The notes beneath the pieces were generated by a model, which was not told the origin of the DNA, made no database searches, and saw nothing but the letters and a program-made list of their open reading frames with translations. From contig CAAHEI010000008.1 in assembly GCA_900772475.1 (NCBI GenBank), positions 21,346-85,345 on the forward strand: DNA of 64,000 nucleotides, written 5' to 3'. Of this stretch, positions 41,019 through 51,887 are shown piece by piece (position 1 is the first letter of the stretch; each line of letters begins with the position of its first letter). The position numbers were made by a program, and so were the translations under genes. Source of the DNA: Clostridia bacterium (lineage in GTDB: Bacteria; Bacillota; Clostridia; TANB77; CAG-465).

Positions 41019-42395
41019 ATGTCAACAGATACTATAGCTGCAATTGGAACAGCATTATCAAATAGTGGTATAAGTATAATAAGAATAAGCGGGAATGATA
41101 GTTTAAATATTATAAGAAAAATATTTGTTTCTAATTCTAAAATTATGCCTAATAATATAATATATGGTAAAATAGTTGAAAATGGAAAAGTAGTGGATAC
41201 GGTTTTGGTTTCGTATTTTAAAAATCCTAAGTCATATACTGGTGAAGATGTGTGTGAAATAAATTGCCATGGAGGAGTTCAAATTACAAGAGAAATTTTA
41301 CAACTTGTTTTAGCAAATGGAGCAAGACTTGCAGAACCAGGAGAATTTTCTAAAAGAGCTTTTTTGAATGGAAAAATGGATTTAACAAAGGCTGAGGCAG
41401 TTATTAATCTTATTAATTCTAAAAACACAACTCAGGCACGAATTGCTGCTAATAATCTTGAGGGTGATTTGTATAAAAAAATAAAAGAAGTAAGAGAAGA
41501 GTTAATAGAATTAATGGCCCATATTGAAGTTAGTGTTGACTATCCTGAATATGATTATGATGAAGTGGGAAATGATAATGTTATTTCACTTTTAAATAAG
41601 AAAATTATTGAAATAAATAATATTTTATCTACGTATGAACAGGGTAAATATATAAAAGACGGAGTTAATGTTGTAATTTTAGGTAAGCCAAATGTTGGTA
41701 AATCATCACTTCTAAATACTTTATCAAGGAGTCAAAAAGCTATTGTAACTGAAATACCTGGTACTACTCGTGATGTAATTGAAGAAAGAATTAATATTGG
41801 TAATATAATTTTAAATTTATCAGATACAGCTGGTATAAGAAAGACAGATGATTTTGTAGAAAAAATTGGTGTTAAAAGAAGTATAGAAAAAATAGATGAA
41901 GCTGATTTAGTTATCTATTTATTAAATGTTGAATCAGATATTGATGATGAAGATAAAGAAATTCTTTCTAAAATCCAAAATAAAGGAATTAAATTAATTA
42001 CGGTAATAAATAAGATTGATAAAGGACAAAAATTAAAATTTGATGGCATTTTGAACGAATTAAAACGATTCGGTGTAAATGAAGTAATTAAAATGTCAGT
42101 TTTAAATAATGAGGGAATAGATGAATTAAAAAATAAAATTGAAGAAATATTTAATACTAATGATTTAGATTTTGAAAATGAACTTATAATTACAAATGAA
42201 AGACATAGAGATTTATTAAATAAATCAAAAGAATATTTAGAGGTAGCAAAAAAGGAAATAGAAGATAATGAACCAATAGATATTGTATCAATAGTTATAA
42301 AAAATGCTACAAAGTCTTTAGGGGAGATTATTGGTGCTGATGTTAATCAGGATATTGTAAATAAAATTTTTGAAAAATTTTGTTTAGGAAAGTAG
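41019..42395 (+). CDS. mnmE: tRNA modification GTPase MnmE
   Basis: 458 aa. [27 protein letters not shown]-terminal FCLGK. Confidence 0.95.
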   Translation: MSTDTIAAIGTALSNSGISIIRISGNDSLNIIRKIFVSNSKIMPNNIIYGKIVENGKVVDTVLVSYFKNPKSYTGEDVCEINCHGGVQITREILQLVLANGARLAEPGEFSKRAFLNGKMDLTKAEAVINLINSKNTTQARIAANNLEGDLYKKIKEVREELIELMAHIEVSVDYPEYDYDEVGNDNVISLLNKKIIEINNILSTYEQGKYIKDGVNVVILGKPNVGKSSLLNTLSRSQKAIVTEIPGTTRDVIEERINIGNIILNLSDTAGIRKTDDFVEKIGVKRSIEKIDEADLVIYLLNVESDIDDEDKEILSKIQNKGIKLITVINKIDKGQKLKFDGILNELKRFGVNEVIKMSVLNNEGIDELKNKIEEIFNTNDLDFENELIITNERHRDLLNKSKEYLEVAKKEIEDNEPIDIVSIVIKNATKSLGEIIGADVNQDIVNKIFEKFCLGK

Positions 42396-42403
42396 GTAAT
42401 ATA

Positions 42404-44293
42404 ATGAGTTATTCACTTGGAAATTATGATGTTATTGTTATTGGTGCTGGACATGCTGGATGTGAAGCAGCACTTGCTAGTGCTAGACTTGGTAAAAAAA
42501 CAGCTATATTTGTTATAAATATGGAAACTCTTGCTAATATGCCATGTAATCCAAGTATAGGTGGTACTTCAAAAGGTCACCTTGTAAGAGAAATAGATGC
42601 ATTAGGAGGAGAAATGGCAAAGAATGCTGACAAAACATTTATACAATCAAAAATGTTAAATATGTCTAAAGGGCCTGCTGTGCATTCTTTAAGAGTTCAA
42701 TCTGATAGAAAAATGTATCACATTGAAATGAAAAGAACGTTAGAAAATCAAGAGAATCTTGATTTATATCAAGCTGAAATTGTAGAAATACTTGTAAATG
42801 ATGAAAAAAATAAAGTAATTGGTGTAAAAACAAAAATTGGGGCAGAAGTTTATGCAAATCAGGTTATAGTTGCTACAGGCACATATTTAAAGGGAAAAGT
42901 TATTATTGGAGAAATTTCATACGAGAGTGGACCTGATGGTGTTTTTCCAGCAAATGATTTATCACAAAGTTTACTTGATATTGGTGTTGAACTTAGAAGG
43001 TTTAAAACGGGAACTCCTGCAAGAATTAATGCTAATATTATGAATTTTGATGAAATGGAAGTTCAACATGGTGATGAAAAAATAGTACCATTTTCTTTTG
43101 AAAATGAGGGTAATGAAGAAATAACTAATAAAAAGCAAGTAGATTGTTACTTAACATATACTAATGAGAATACGCATGAGATTATTCTTAATAATTTAGA
43201 CCGATCTCCAATATATAGTGGTAAAATACATGGTATAGGACCTAGATATTGTCCATCAATTGAAGATAAAGTGGTTAGATTTAGAGATAAAAAAAGACAT
43301 CAATTATTTATAGAACCACTAGGAGAGAAAACTTCAGAGATGTATATACAGGGAATGTCGTCTTCACTTCCTGAAGAGGTACAAATAAAAATGTATAGAA
43401 CTGTTCCAGGACTTGAAAATGCTAAGCTTATGAGACCTGCATATGCTATAGAATATGACTGCATTGATTCAACAAATTTAAAATTAAGTTTGGAGTATAA
43501 AGGAATAGATGGGTTATTTTTTGCTGGACAAGTTAATGGAAGCTCTGGATATGAGGAAGCTGCAGCTCAGGGAATAATTGCTGGTATAAATGCTGCTAGA
43601 AAATCTGATAAAAAAGATCCTTTAATATTAGATAGATCACAAGCATATATTGGTGTTCTTATTGATGACCTTGTAACTAAGGGAACGAATGAACCATATA
43701 GAATGATGACATCACGTTCTGAATATAGACTAATGTTAAGACAGGATAATGCTGATATTAGATTAACTCCTATTGGACATCAAATTGGACTTATATCAGA
43801 CGAAAGATATAATAAATTTTTAAATAAGCAAAAACTTATACATGATGAAATTGATAGATTAAATTCAACATCTGTTAAACCTAGTGCTGAGGTTAATAAC
43901 ATACTTGAAAGTTTAAATAGTTCTCCGCTACAAACAGGGGTTAAGCTTTCAGATTTATTAAAAAGAAGCGAGCTTAATTATTATAATATAAAAAACTTAG
44001 ATTTATCAAGAGAAGAATTACCTGATGCTGTTGTTGAAGAAGCTGAAATAGAAATAAAATATGAAGGATATATAAAGCTACAACTTGAACAGATAAATGA
44101 ATTTAAAAAAATGGAAAATAAAAAATTAAGTGTAGATATCAATTATGAAAATATAAATGGACTAAGTCTTGAAGCAAGACAAAAATTAAATAAACAGAAA
44201 CCATTATCTGTGGGGCAGGCTTCCCGTATTTCTGGCGTATCTCCAGCAGATATTTCTGTACTTCTTATTTATCTTAGTCAGAATAATTTATAA
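42404..44293 (+). CDS. mnmG: tRNA uridine 5-carboxymethylaminomethyl modification enzyme MnmG
   Basis: [19 protein letters not shown] motif, [11 protein letters not shown] block. Confidence 0.95.
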   Translation: MSYSLGNYDVIVIGAGHAGCEAALASARLGKKTAIFVINMETLANMPCNPSIGGTSKGHLVREIDALGGEMAKNADKTFIQSKMLNMSKGPAVHSLRVQSDRKMYHIEMKRTLENQENLDLYQAEIVEILVNDEKNKVIGVKTKIGAEVYANQVIVATGTYLKGKVIIGEISYESGPDGVFPANDLSQSLLDIGVELRRFKTGTPARINANIMNFDEMEVQHGDEKIVPFSFENEGNEEITNKKQVDCYLTYTNENTHEIILNNLDRSPIYSGKIHGIGPRYCPSIEDKVVRFRDKKRHQLFIEPLGEKTSEMYIQGMSSSLPEEVQIKMYRTVPGLENAKLMRPAYAIEYDCIDSTNLKLSLEYKGIDGLFFAGQVNGSSGYEEAAAQGIIAGINAARKSDKKDPLILDRSQAYIGVLIDDLVTKGTNEPYRMMTSRSEYRLMLRQDNADIRLTPIGHQIGLISDERYNKFLNKQKLIHDEIDRLNSTSVKPSAEVNNILESLNSSPLQTGVKLSDLLKRSELNYYNIKNLDLSREELPDAVVEEAEIEIKYEGYIKLQLEQINEFKKMENKKLSVDINYENINGLSLEARQKLNKQKPLSVGQASRISGVSPADISVLLIYLSQNNL

Positions 44294-44322
44294 TTTTCAT
44301 ATGAAAAGGAGTAAGTATATTT

Positions 44323-45066
44323 ATGAATAATATTTCACATGAAAATAGTTCTTTTTATAACATGTTATTAAATGAATCCAATAATATTGGAATAAAGATT
44401 AATAATGAGCAAATTTTAAAATTTGAAAAATATAAAAAATTATTAGTAAGTTGGAATGAAAAAATTAATCTTACAGCAATAACTAATGATGAGGGAATAG
44501 TGTTAAAACATTTTATTGATTGCCTTGAAATAGTAAAATATATAGACGAAGGAAAAAAAATAATTGATGTTGGAACAGGAGCAGGATTTCCTGGAATTGT
44601 AATAGCTATATTCTTTAATGGAAAAGTAGAAGTGACTTTAATAGATGCATTAAATAAGAGAATAAATTTTTTACAAGAAGTAATAAAAGAATTAGAACTT
44701 AAAAATGTGATTGTAGAACATGCAAGAGCTGAAGAAATTGGATCTAAAGAAAATTATAGAGAAAAGTATGATTATGCAGTATCAAGAGCTGTTGCACCAC
44801 TTAACGTGTTATTAGAATTTGATACACCATTTTTAAAAATCGGCGGAAAATGCTTGCTTTTAAAAGGATCAAATATTGAAGAAGAAATTAAATTATCAAA
44901 AAGCGCTTTAAATGTATTGAATTGTAAAATTAATAACAAATATAAATATTGTTATACCTATAATGATGAAATATATAACAGATATGTAGTTGAGATAATT
45001 AAAAATGACAAGACAAGTTTAAAATATCCAAGAATTTATGGAAAGATAAAGAAAAATCCTTTATAA
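44323..45066 (+). CDS. rsmG: 16S rRNA (guanine527-N7)-methyltransferase
   Basis: 247 aa. NLTAI...HFIDCL, DVGTGAGFPG SAM motif. Confidence 0.92.
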   Translation: MNNISHENSSFYNMLLNESNNIGIKINNEQILKFEKYKKLLVSWNEKINLTAITNDEGIVLKHFIDCLEIVKYIDEGKKIIDVGTGAGFPGIVIAIFFNGKVEVTLIDALNKRINFLQEVIKELELKNVIVEHARAEEIGSKENYREKYDYAVSRAVAPLNVLLEFDTPFLKIGGKCLLLKGSNIEEEIKLSKSALNVLNCKINNKYKYCYTYNDEIYNRYVVEIIKNDKTSLKYPRIYGKIKKNPL

Positions 45067-45167
45067 TTTCTAAATTATAAATTATTTAAAGAGAAAAATA
45101 ATATATTTTTATTTTTTCTCTTTATTTTTTTATACAATTGATGTATAATACATTAAGAGGTGTAAAT

Positions 45168-45938
45168 ATGGCAAAAGTAATATCAATAGCAAATCAAAAA
45201 GGTGGGGTAGGTAAAACTACAACTGCTGTTAATTTAAGTGCATGTGTGGCAAGTTGCGGAAAAAAAGTATTATTAATAGATATAGATCCTCAAGGAAATG
45301 CTACAAGTGGACTTGGCGTTTTAGCTGATAAAGATAAATCAATATATAATGTATTAGTAGATGATTTAGATATAGCGTCAACAATTAAACCAACAATGAT
45401 TAAAAATCTTAAAGTATGTCCTGCTAACATAAACCTTGCAGGTGCTGAAATTGAGCTTGTATCAATGGTATCAAGGGAGACAAGACTTAAAAACGCAATA
45501 GAAAGCGTAAAGGATGGGTATGATTATATATTTATTGATTGCCCACCTTCTCTTGGACTTATTACATTAAATTCTTTTACAGCTTCAGATAGCGTTTTAG
45601 TTCCAATTCAATGCGAATATTATGCATTAGAAGGGTTAGGACAACTTATAAACACAATTAATTTGGTAAAAAAACATCTTAATTCTGCTATTGAAGTAGA
45701 AGGTGTTGTTCTTACTATGTTTGATTCAAGAACAAACTTGTCTTCTCAAGTTGGAGAAGAAGTTGAAAAGTATTTTGGAAATAAAGTGTTTCAAACTATT
45801 ATTCCAAGAAATATTAGGTTAAGTGAAGCACCAAGTCATGCATTACCGATTAATTTATATGCTCCAGAATCAAAGGGTGCCGATACATATCAAAGACTTG
45901 CCAAAGAATTAATTGAAATTAATGAGGATGGTGAATAA
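45168..45938 (+). CDS. soj: chromosome partitioning ATPase ParA/Soj
   Basis: Deviant Walker A NQKGGVGKTTT, IDIDPQGNAT, FIDCPPSLG. Confidence 0.93.
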   Translation: MAKVISIANQKGGVGKTTTAVNLSACVASCGKKVLLIDIDPQGNATSGLGVLADKDKSIYNVLVDDLDIASTIKPTMIKNLKVCPANINLAGAEIELVSMVSRETRLKNAIESVKDGYDYIFIDCPPSLGLITLNSFTASDSVLVPIQCEYYALEGLGQLINTINLVKKHLNSAIEVEGVVLTMFDSRTNLSSQVGEEVEKYFGNKVFQTIIPRNIRLSEAPSHALPINLYAPESKGADTYQRLAKELIEINEDGE

Positions 45939-45940
45939 TA

Positions 45941-46828
45941 ATGACAAAAGAAAAAAAAGGATTAGGAAAAGGCTTAAATGCATTTTTTTCAGATGATAAT
46001 CTTTTAGATAATGTTATAAAAAAAGATGATAAAAAAAATAAAGAATTAGAGACTGTTGTTGAACTTAAAATAGTTGATGTAGAACCAATGAAAGATCAAC
46101 CAAGAAAAGTATTTGATGAAGAAAAGTTAGAAGAACTTGCAAATTCTATAAAAGAAAACGGTGTTATTCAACCTATTTTAGTAGTAAAAAATGACGATGG
46201 ATACGCAATAGTAGCTGGTGAAAGACGTTGGAGAGCAGCAAAAAAAGCAGGACTAAAAAAAATACCTGCAATTATTAAAAATTATGATGAATCAAAGAAA
46301 AAACAAGTAGCATTAATTGAAAATATTCAAAGAGAAGATTTAAATATTGTAGAAGTAGCTCACGCTATAAAAGAGCTTATGGAAATAGAAAATTGTAGTC
46401 AATCAGAAGTTGCTAAAGTTACAGGTAAAAATATATCAACTATTTCTAATATAGTAAGACTTTTAAAATTACCAGATGAAATTTTACAATATGTTTTAGA
46501 TGGTAAATTAGTTGAAGGCCAAGCAAGAGCACTACTTGCATTGGATAGTAAAAAAAGACAACTTGAAATCGCAAATAAAGCAATTGAAAAGAAACTTACA
46601 GTAAGAGATGTGGAAAAATTAGTTTATGGTAGTGAAGAATATGTAAGGAAGCCTGAAAAAAAAGAACCAAAGTCTGTGTATTACAAAAATCTAGAGGGAA
46701 AATTAAAAGATTACTTTGGATATAAAGTAAAACTTGATTATACTAAATCACATCAAAAACTTATAATAGAATATGATGATAAAGAAGGATTAGAAAATTT
46801 ACTTAATAAGTTTAATATTGATATATAA
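45941..46828 (+). CDS. spo0J: chromosome partitioning protein ParB/Spo0J
   Basis: 295 aa. QPRKVFDEEKLEELANSIKENGVIQPI, GERRWRAAKKAG, IENIQREDLN. Confidence 0.92.
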   Translation: MTKEKKGLGKGLNAFFSDDNLLDNVIKKDDKKNKELETVVELKIVDVEPMKDQPRKVFDEEKLEELANSIKENGVIQPILVVKNDDGYAIVAGERRWRAAKKAGLKKIPAIIKNYDESKKKQVALIENIQREDLNIVEVAHAIKELMEIENCSQSEVAKVTGKNISTISNIVRLLKLPDEILQYVLDGKLVEGQARALLALDSKKRQLEIANKAIEKKLTVRDVEKLVYGSEEYVRKPEKKEPKSVYYKNLEGKLKDYFGYKVKLDYTKSHQKLIIEYDDKEGLENLLNKFNIDI

Positions 46829-46896
46829 ATACTTAACAAAGGTGGAAATATTTTCCACCTTATATTTTTAAATTTTTAAAAAATAAAGAAAAAGTA

Positions 46897-46924
46897 TTGA
46901 CAAAAAACAAAAAACTGATATAAT
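46897..46924 (+). promoter_or_regulatory. sigma-A promoter for the tRNA-Ser pair
   Basis: TTGACA, 16 nt, TGaTATAAT. Confidence 0.55.
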
Positions 46925-46940
46925 TATATATGTGGCGTAC

Positions 46941-47029
46941 GGAAGAGTGTCCGAGTGGTTTAAGGAGCCAGTCTTGAAAACTGGTGATGTCGAAAGGCAC
47001 CGTGGGTTCGAATCCTACCTCTTCCGCCA
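46941..47029 (+). tRNA. tRNA-Ser (anticodon UGA)
   Basis: Acceptor GGAAGAG/CTCTTCC, anticodon stem-loop CCAGT-CTTGAAA-ACTGG, long variable arm, T loop GTGGG-TTCGAAT-CCTAC, CCA encoded. Confidence 0.92.
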
Positions 47030-47046
47030 TTTTTTTATTTAAATAT

Positions 47047-47136
47047 GGAGAAGTACCCAAGTGGTGAAGGGGACAGTTTGCTAAACTGTTAGGTCTCAAT
47101 AGGGGCGCGAGGGTTCGAACCCCTCCTTCTCCGCCA
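47047..47136 (+). tRNA. tRNA-Ser (anticodon GCU)
   Basis: Acceptor GGAGAAG/CTTCTCC, anticodon stem-loop ACAGT-TTGCTAA-ACTGT, long variable arm, T arm GAGGG-TTCGAAC-CCCTC, CCA encoded. Confidence 0.92.
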
Positions 47137-47197
47137 TATATTAAACATAAAAAATCCATATGTAATATGGATTTTTTTGTATATTAAAGGAGAATGT

Positions 47198-47758
47198 ATG
47201 TTAGTATTATTATCAGGAGTATCTGGAGCAGGAAAAGATACCATAAAAAAAGAGTTAATTAAAAGAATGGATAATGTAGAATCTTTACCATCTTTTACTG
47301 ATAGAAGTCCAAGAGAAGGAGAAAAAGATGGACAAGCATATCATTTCATTTCAACAGAAAAATTTAAAGAAATGATTGATAATGGTGAGTTATATGAATA
47401 TGATGTTCATCATAATCACTACTATGGAACATCAAAAAAACTTATGAATGAAAAGATAAAAAGTGGAAAAATAATTGTAAAAGATATTGATGTTAATGGT
47501 ACAGAAGAATTAGTAAAAATATTAAAAAATGACGTTAAAGTAATAACAATTTTTTTAAGAGTACCAATGGATGAATTAAAAAGAAGATTGATTTTAAGAG
47601 ATGCAAATATCTCAAAAGAAGAAATTGAGTTAAGATTAAATAGATTTGAATATGAAGAATCAAAGACGGATATTTATGATTATGTTATTACAAATAATAA
47701 TTTAGAAAAGTCATTTAAAATAATAAAAACAATTATTGAAGAAGAAAAGAAAATATAG
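47198..47758 (+). CDS. guanylate kinase family protein
   Basis: P-loop SGVSGAGKDT, FTDRSPREGEKDGQAYHFIS, YYGTS blocks. May be a paralogue rather than the housekeeping gmk. Confidence 0.7.
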   Translation: MLVLLSGVSGAGKDTIKKELIKRMDNVESLPSFTDRSPREGEKDGQAYHFISTEKFKEMIDNGELYEYDVHHNHYYGTSKKLMNEKIKSGKIIVKDIDVNGTEELVKILKNDVKVITIFLRVPMDELKRRLILRDANISKEEIELRLNRFEYEESKTDIYDYVITNNNLEKSFKIIKTIIEEEKKI

Positions 47759-47841
47759 AGATAAAGTCAGGTTTATTACTTGACTTTATTTTTCACATGT
47801 ATTTATATTAAAGCTTTTCATATAATATAATTGGTGATTAT

Positions 47842-48081
47842 ATGTTAAGTTATAGTAATATATTAGAGCAGTGTAATAAATATTATTTAGAAAAAATTAA
47901 TAATAAATATGATATTCCTAAAGAATTTATAGTTTCGTATTTATTTGAATTAGTATCTAATATATTAAATCAAGAAATATTTGATTATGTATATATTTTT
48001 AAAAAGGAAGATATAGATTTTGTTGGAAAATATAATATAAATGTCTCAGATTTAATAATATATTTTAGAAAAAATATATAA
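47842..48081 (+). CDS. hypothetical protein (79 aa)
   Basis: ORF only, with a weak SD. Confidence 0.3.
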   Translation: MLSYSNILEQCNKYYLEKINNKYDIPKEFIVSYLFELVSNILNQEIFDYVYIFKKEDIDFVGKYNINVSDLIIYFRKNI

Positions 48082-48151
48082 AATAAAACTCTTGCTTTTT
48101 TATATAATGTGTAATATAATTTATTTGTCAAAATAGATAGGAGAATTATAT

Positions 48152-49402
48152 ATGAAAATAGCATTACTGTCAGAAACATATTTTCCATATATGAATGGAG
48201 TAACAACACATGTGAAAACGTTAAAGGATGGACTTACAGCATTAGGTCATGAGGTATTAGTTGTAACTTGTAGTCCAACAACCAAAAAGCATTATATAAA
48301 AGATGGCGTACTTTATTGTCCAGCTAAAGCAATAAAAAGTATATACGGGTTTGGTGTAGCATATCCATATAGTAAAAAAAGACTTGAAATATTAAGAGAA
48401 TTTAATCCAGATATAATTCATGTTCATACAGAATTTAGTATGGGATTATTTGGAATATGGGCTGCAAAAAAATTAAAGAAAACTCTAGTCTACACTTTGC
48501 ACACTGCATATGATGATTACGTATATTACGTTATGCCAAAAGTACTTGCAAGAATGGTTGGAGGAAAAGTTTTAGATAAATTTTTAGGTTTATATGCTGG
48601 AAAATCAAAGGCTATAGTTGGTCCTTCTCCAAAGTGCTTTGAATATATAAAGAAAACAAGTCATAGAAAAAAAGTTAGAATTTTACCAAACTCAGTAGAA
48701 ATGACACTTTTTGATCCTTCAAAAGTTGATGTAAAAGAGGTAAACGAAATAAGGAATGAATTAAATATTCCTAATGATGCTTTTGTAGCTTGTTTTGTAG
48801 GAAGAATGGGAACAGAAAAAAGTGTAGATGTTACTTTAGAATTTTTAGCCAAAACATTAAAAAAAGATGATAATATTTACTTTGTTGCAATAGGAGATGG
48901 TCCAGATCTTGAAAATTTAAAAAAACAAGCTAATGATTTAAATTTACAGGATAGAGTAAGATTTACAGGAAAAGTCGAACATGATAAATTACCAATATAT
49001 TATGCAATGTCAAAATTATATTTAACATCCTCACTTACAGAAATGAACTCCATTTCTATGTTAGAAGCAATGGCTATGGGACTTCCTGTACTTCAAAGAA
49101 TGGATGAAGTAAATAAAGATCAGATACTTGAAGGTAAAAATGGTTATATATTTTTCAATGAAAATGATATGTATAAACACCTTAAAAAATTGAGTGAATA
49201 TACTGAAGATGAATATAAAAAGATAAGATTCGAAGTTGAAGAGACTGTATGTCAAAAAGATGAAACAGGAATTGCAAAAAAAGAGTTAGAAGTATATAAA
49301 AAGGCAATGGAAAGAGGAAGACTTCAAGAAATGATGAAAAGAAAGAATAAAGAAAAAGGTGTTGTAAAAAGAATAGGGGATACTATAAAAAGAAAAATAT
49401 AA
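48152..49402 (+). CDS. glycosyltransferase family 4 (GT-B, Glyco_trans_4 + Glycos_transf_1)
   Basis: 416 aa. MKIALLSETYFPYMNGVTTHV N-terminus, and an E-x7-E-type region (EMNSISMLEAMAMGLPV). Confidence 0.85.
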   Translation: MKIALLSETYFPYMNGVTTHVKTLKDGLTALGHEVLVVTCSPTTKKHYIKDGVLYCPAKAIKSIYGFGVAYPYSKKRLEILREFNPDIIHVHTEFSMGLFGIWAAKKLKKTLVYTLHTAYDDYVYYVMPKVLARMVGGKVLDKFLGLYAGKSKAIVGPSPKCFEYIKKTSHRKKVRILPNSVEMTLFDPSKVDVKEVNEIRNELNIPNDAFVACFVGRMGTEKSVDVTLEFLAKTLKKDDNIYFVAIGDGPDLENLKKQANDLNLQDRVRFTGKVEHDKLPIYYAMSKLYLTSSLTEMNSISMLEAMAMGLPVLQRMDEVNKDQILEGKNGYIFFNENDMYKHLKKLSEYTEDEYKKIRFEVEETVCQKDETGIAKKELEVYKKAMERGRLQEMMKRKNKEKGVVKRIGDTIKRKI

Positions 49403-49447
49403 GTAAAATGTAAAAAAGTGAGCTTTAATATTTAAAGCTCACTTTTC

Positions 49448-49987
49448 TTAATTTAAAAATCTAATCATAGAAATAGATTCTATAATGTTAATAATCTCAG
49501 ATACAAGAAGCATTATTCCACAAATCATTGTTAATGCTGCAATACTTGCAAAAGGATTTATAACCATTACGATTCCTAAAATTAATGTTACAAAAGAAAG
49601 AATTAACATTAATGCCCAACTTGGATTATCAGATGATTTTAAATTGAATGCAAGTTGAAATCTTACAATACTATTAATAATCATCCAACAGCCAATGATT
49701 ATTGGAAGAAAAGCTTTAATAATATTTGGATTAAATATTAATACAAAACCTAATATTATATATACAATTCCCTCAATTAGTTCAAAGCTAAATGCTTTAA
49801 ATTCTTTTGGACTAGAAAAATATGATATAGTGTGCATGATTCCTACAACAAGTAAAAAACATCCAAGGCAGATAAATAACACCGACAATGAAACTTCAGG
49901 CTTAAATATTAAAAAAAGTGAAACAACTATAAGGCAAATAGATAATACAATAGATCCTTTTGCATATCTTTTCATATAATCAATCAT
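49448..49987 (-). CDS. HdeD/DUF308-like membrane protein
   Basis: Six predicted TM helices with repeated G-rich pairs. ATG at 49987 after GGAGGT. Confidence 0.5.
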   Translation of the reverse strand: MIDYMKRYAKGSIVLSICLIVVSLFLIFKPEVSLSVLFICLGCFLLVVGIMHTISYFSSPKEFKAFSFELIEGIVYIILGFVLIFNPNIIKAFLPIIIGCWMIINSIVRFQLAFNLKSSDNPSWALMLILSFVTLILGIVMVINPFASIAALTMICGIMLLVSEIINIIESISMIRFLN

Positions 49988-50127
49988 AATATAACCTCCT
50001 AAATTTAGTATAACACAAAAAAAATTAAAAGTTAACAAATTATTATATTTTTCTACAAATTTTTAAATCTATAGATTAATTAATATAATAGATATAAAAG
50101 AATATATTTTAAGTAGGGTGAATATTT

Positions 50128-50850
50128 ATGAAAAATATATTGATTCTTGGTATATTTACAATGATTCTTGGAGTGTTAAGTAGTTTAATAGGAGGTTTTT
50201 TATGTACTGTTTTTCATATTAAAACTAAAAGAACAATTTCAATTTTATATGAACTAACAGCTGGAATAATGACAGGAATAGTTTGTTTTGAAATGCTTCC
50301 TGAAAGCTTTGAAATTTCAAGTTTAATATATTCCCTAATAGGTATTATAATTGGAGTAATAGTTATATATATATTAGATATTCTTGTATATAAATTTAGT
50401 AAGAAGAGTAATGCAACTAAAAAAGTAGCTTTGGTTGTAATGATTTCTATGGCTATTCATAATATAATTGAGGGTCTTGCTGTAGGTTCAGGATTTAGTT
50501 TTTCATTAAATCTTGGGATAACTGTTTTATTGGGAATATTTCTACATGATATTCCAGAAGGTATGATAGTTGGAATAACAAGTAAAATAAGTGGGAAAAA
50601 GAATAAAAATATAATGATAGAAACAGCAAGTGTAGGTGCATGCGGTGGTATAGGAACATTTATAGGAAATTATATAGGAAAAATAGATGATAGATATATT
50701 TCATTAAGTCTTTCTGTAGCAGCTGGAGCTATGTTATATTTAGTAGCGTGTGAACTTTTACCAGAGTCTAAAATAAATTCTAAAAGTAAAAATATATATT
50801 TAATGTATATAATGGGAATAGTACTAGGAGCACTACTTTCTAGAATTTAA
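50128..50850 (+). CDS. ZIP-family divalent metal (zinc) transporter
   Basis: 240 aa. HNIIEGLAVG and HDIPEGM motifs. Confidence 0.85.
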   Translation: MKNILILGIFTMILGVLSSLIGGFLCTVFHIKTKRTISILYELTAGIMTGIVCFEMLPESFEISSLIYSLIGIIIGVIVIYILDILVYKFSKKSNATKKVALVVMISMAIHNIIEGLAVGSGFSFSLNLGITVLLGIFLHDIPEGMIVGITSKISGKKNKNIMIETASVGACGGIGTFIGNYIGKIDDRYISLSLSVAAGAMLYLVACELLPESKINSKSKNIYLMYIMGIVLGALLSRI

Positions 50851-50930
50851 ATAAAAAATTAAAAAGTATATATTTAATATTGTAAAAACATGTAAAATGA
50901 TATATAATAACAACAAAAAGAGGTTATTGT

Positions 50931-51398
50931 ATGAAGAAAATAATGTTTGTATGTACAGGTAATATATGTAGAAGTGCAATGGCACATGGATATATGCAGT
51001 TTTGCGTTAATAAATTAGAAAATAAGGATAAGTATATGATTTCGTCTTGTGGAACATATGCTGTTCCAGGAGAACAGTCTACTAACAATGCTATTATTGC
51101 AATGCAGGATTATAACGTTGACTTAAGTAAACATAGAGCAACAAATATTAATGATATTGATATAGAAAATTATGATATTATTTTATGTATGACCATGCAA
51201 CATAAAAGAAATGTTTTAGAATTATTTCCAAAACTTTTTGGTAAGGTATTTACATTAAAAGAATATGTAAATACTAATGAGGTATATAAAGATATAGATG
51301 ATCCTTGGGGATTAAATTTACAGGTATATAAAGATTGTGCAAAAGTTATTGTGAAAAATATTGATAAATTAATTTTAAAATTAGAAGAAGGTGAATAA
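50931..51398 (+). CDS. low-molecular-weight protein tyrosine/arginine phosphatase
   Basis: FVCTGNICRSAMA (C-x5-R-S) and DPWG aspartate loop. Confidence 0.88.
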   Translation: MKKIMFVCTGNICRSAMAHGYMQFCVNKLENKDKYMISSCGTYAVPGEQSTNNAIIAMQDYNVDLSKHRATNINDIDIENYDIILCMTMQHKRNVLELFPKLFGKVFTLKEYVNTNEVYKDIDDPWGLNLQVYKDCAKVIVKNIDKLILKLEEGE

Positions 51399-51401
51399 TA
51401 T

Positions 51402-51887
51402 ATGGTTATTATTGGTTCTGATCACACAGGAATTGAATTAAAGAAAAAAATAATAAATTATTTATATGATAATCATGTTGAATATGCAGATGTAACAAAC
51501 TATGCAAATCAAGAAGGGGATGATTATCCTGATATAGCACTTACAGTATGTTCTGAGGTGCTAAAGAATAGTAATAATCTTGGAATAGCTATTTGTGGAA
51601 CAGGTATTGGAATATCAATTGCATGTAATAAAATAAGGGGAATACGTGCGGCAGTATGCACTGATAGATATATGGCTGAGATGACAAGACATGATAATAA
51701 TGCAAATGTATTATGTTTAGGGGCAAGATTAGGAATTTCTAAAGAATTTAGAAATATAGAAGAAATTGTGGACTCATTTATTCATTCTTTTTATGATGGA
51801 GGAAGGCATGATAGAAGACTTAGTAAAATAAAAAAATTAGAAGAAATTAATATAGGAGAAGAAATGAAATATGGCAATAATATATAG
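51402..51887 (+). CDS. rpiB: ribose-5-phosphate isomerase B (RpiB/LacAB family)
   Basis: IGSDHTGIELKKKI, ICGTGIGISIACNK, GGRHDRRL. Confidence 0.88.
   Translation: MVIIGSDHTGIELKKKIINYLYDNHVEYADVTNYANQEGDDYPDIALTVCSEVLKNSNNLGIAICGTGIGISIACNKIRGIRAAVCTDRYMAEMTRHDNNANVLCLGARLGISKEFRNIEEIVDSFIHSFYDGGRHDRRLSKIKKLEEINIGEEMKYGNNI

Noticed and set aside
44330-44347. Possible parS (TATTTCACATGAAAAT) at the start of rsmG.
   Set aside because: It has four mismatches to the TGTTTCACGTGAAACA consensus, including the central CG. No better match was found by eye anywhere in the window, so no parS is called.
46860-47159. 99-aa minus-strand ORF.
   Set aside because: It is entirely explained by the two tRNA-Ser genes on the plus strand. 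It stays open only because of their GC-rich sequence.
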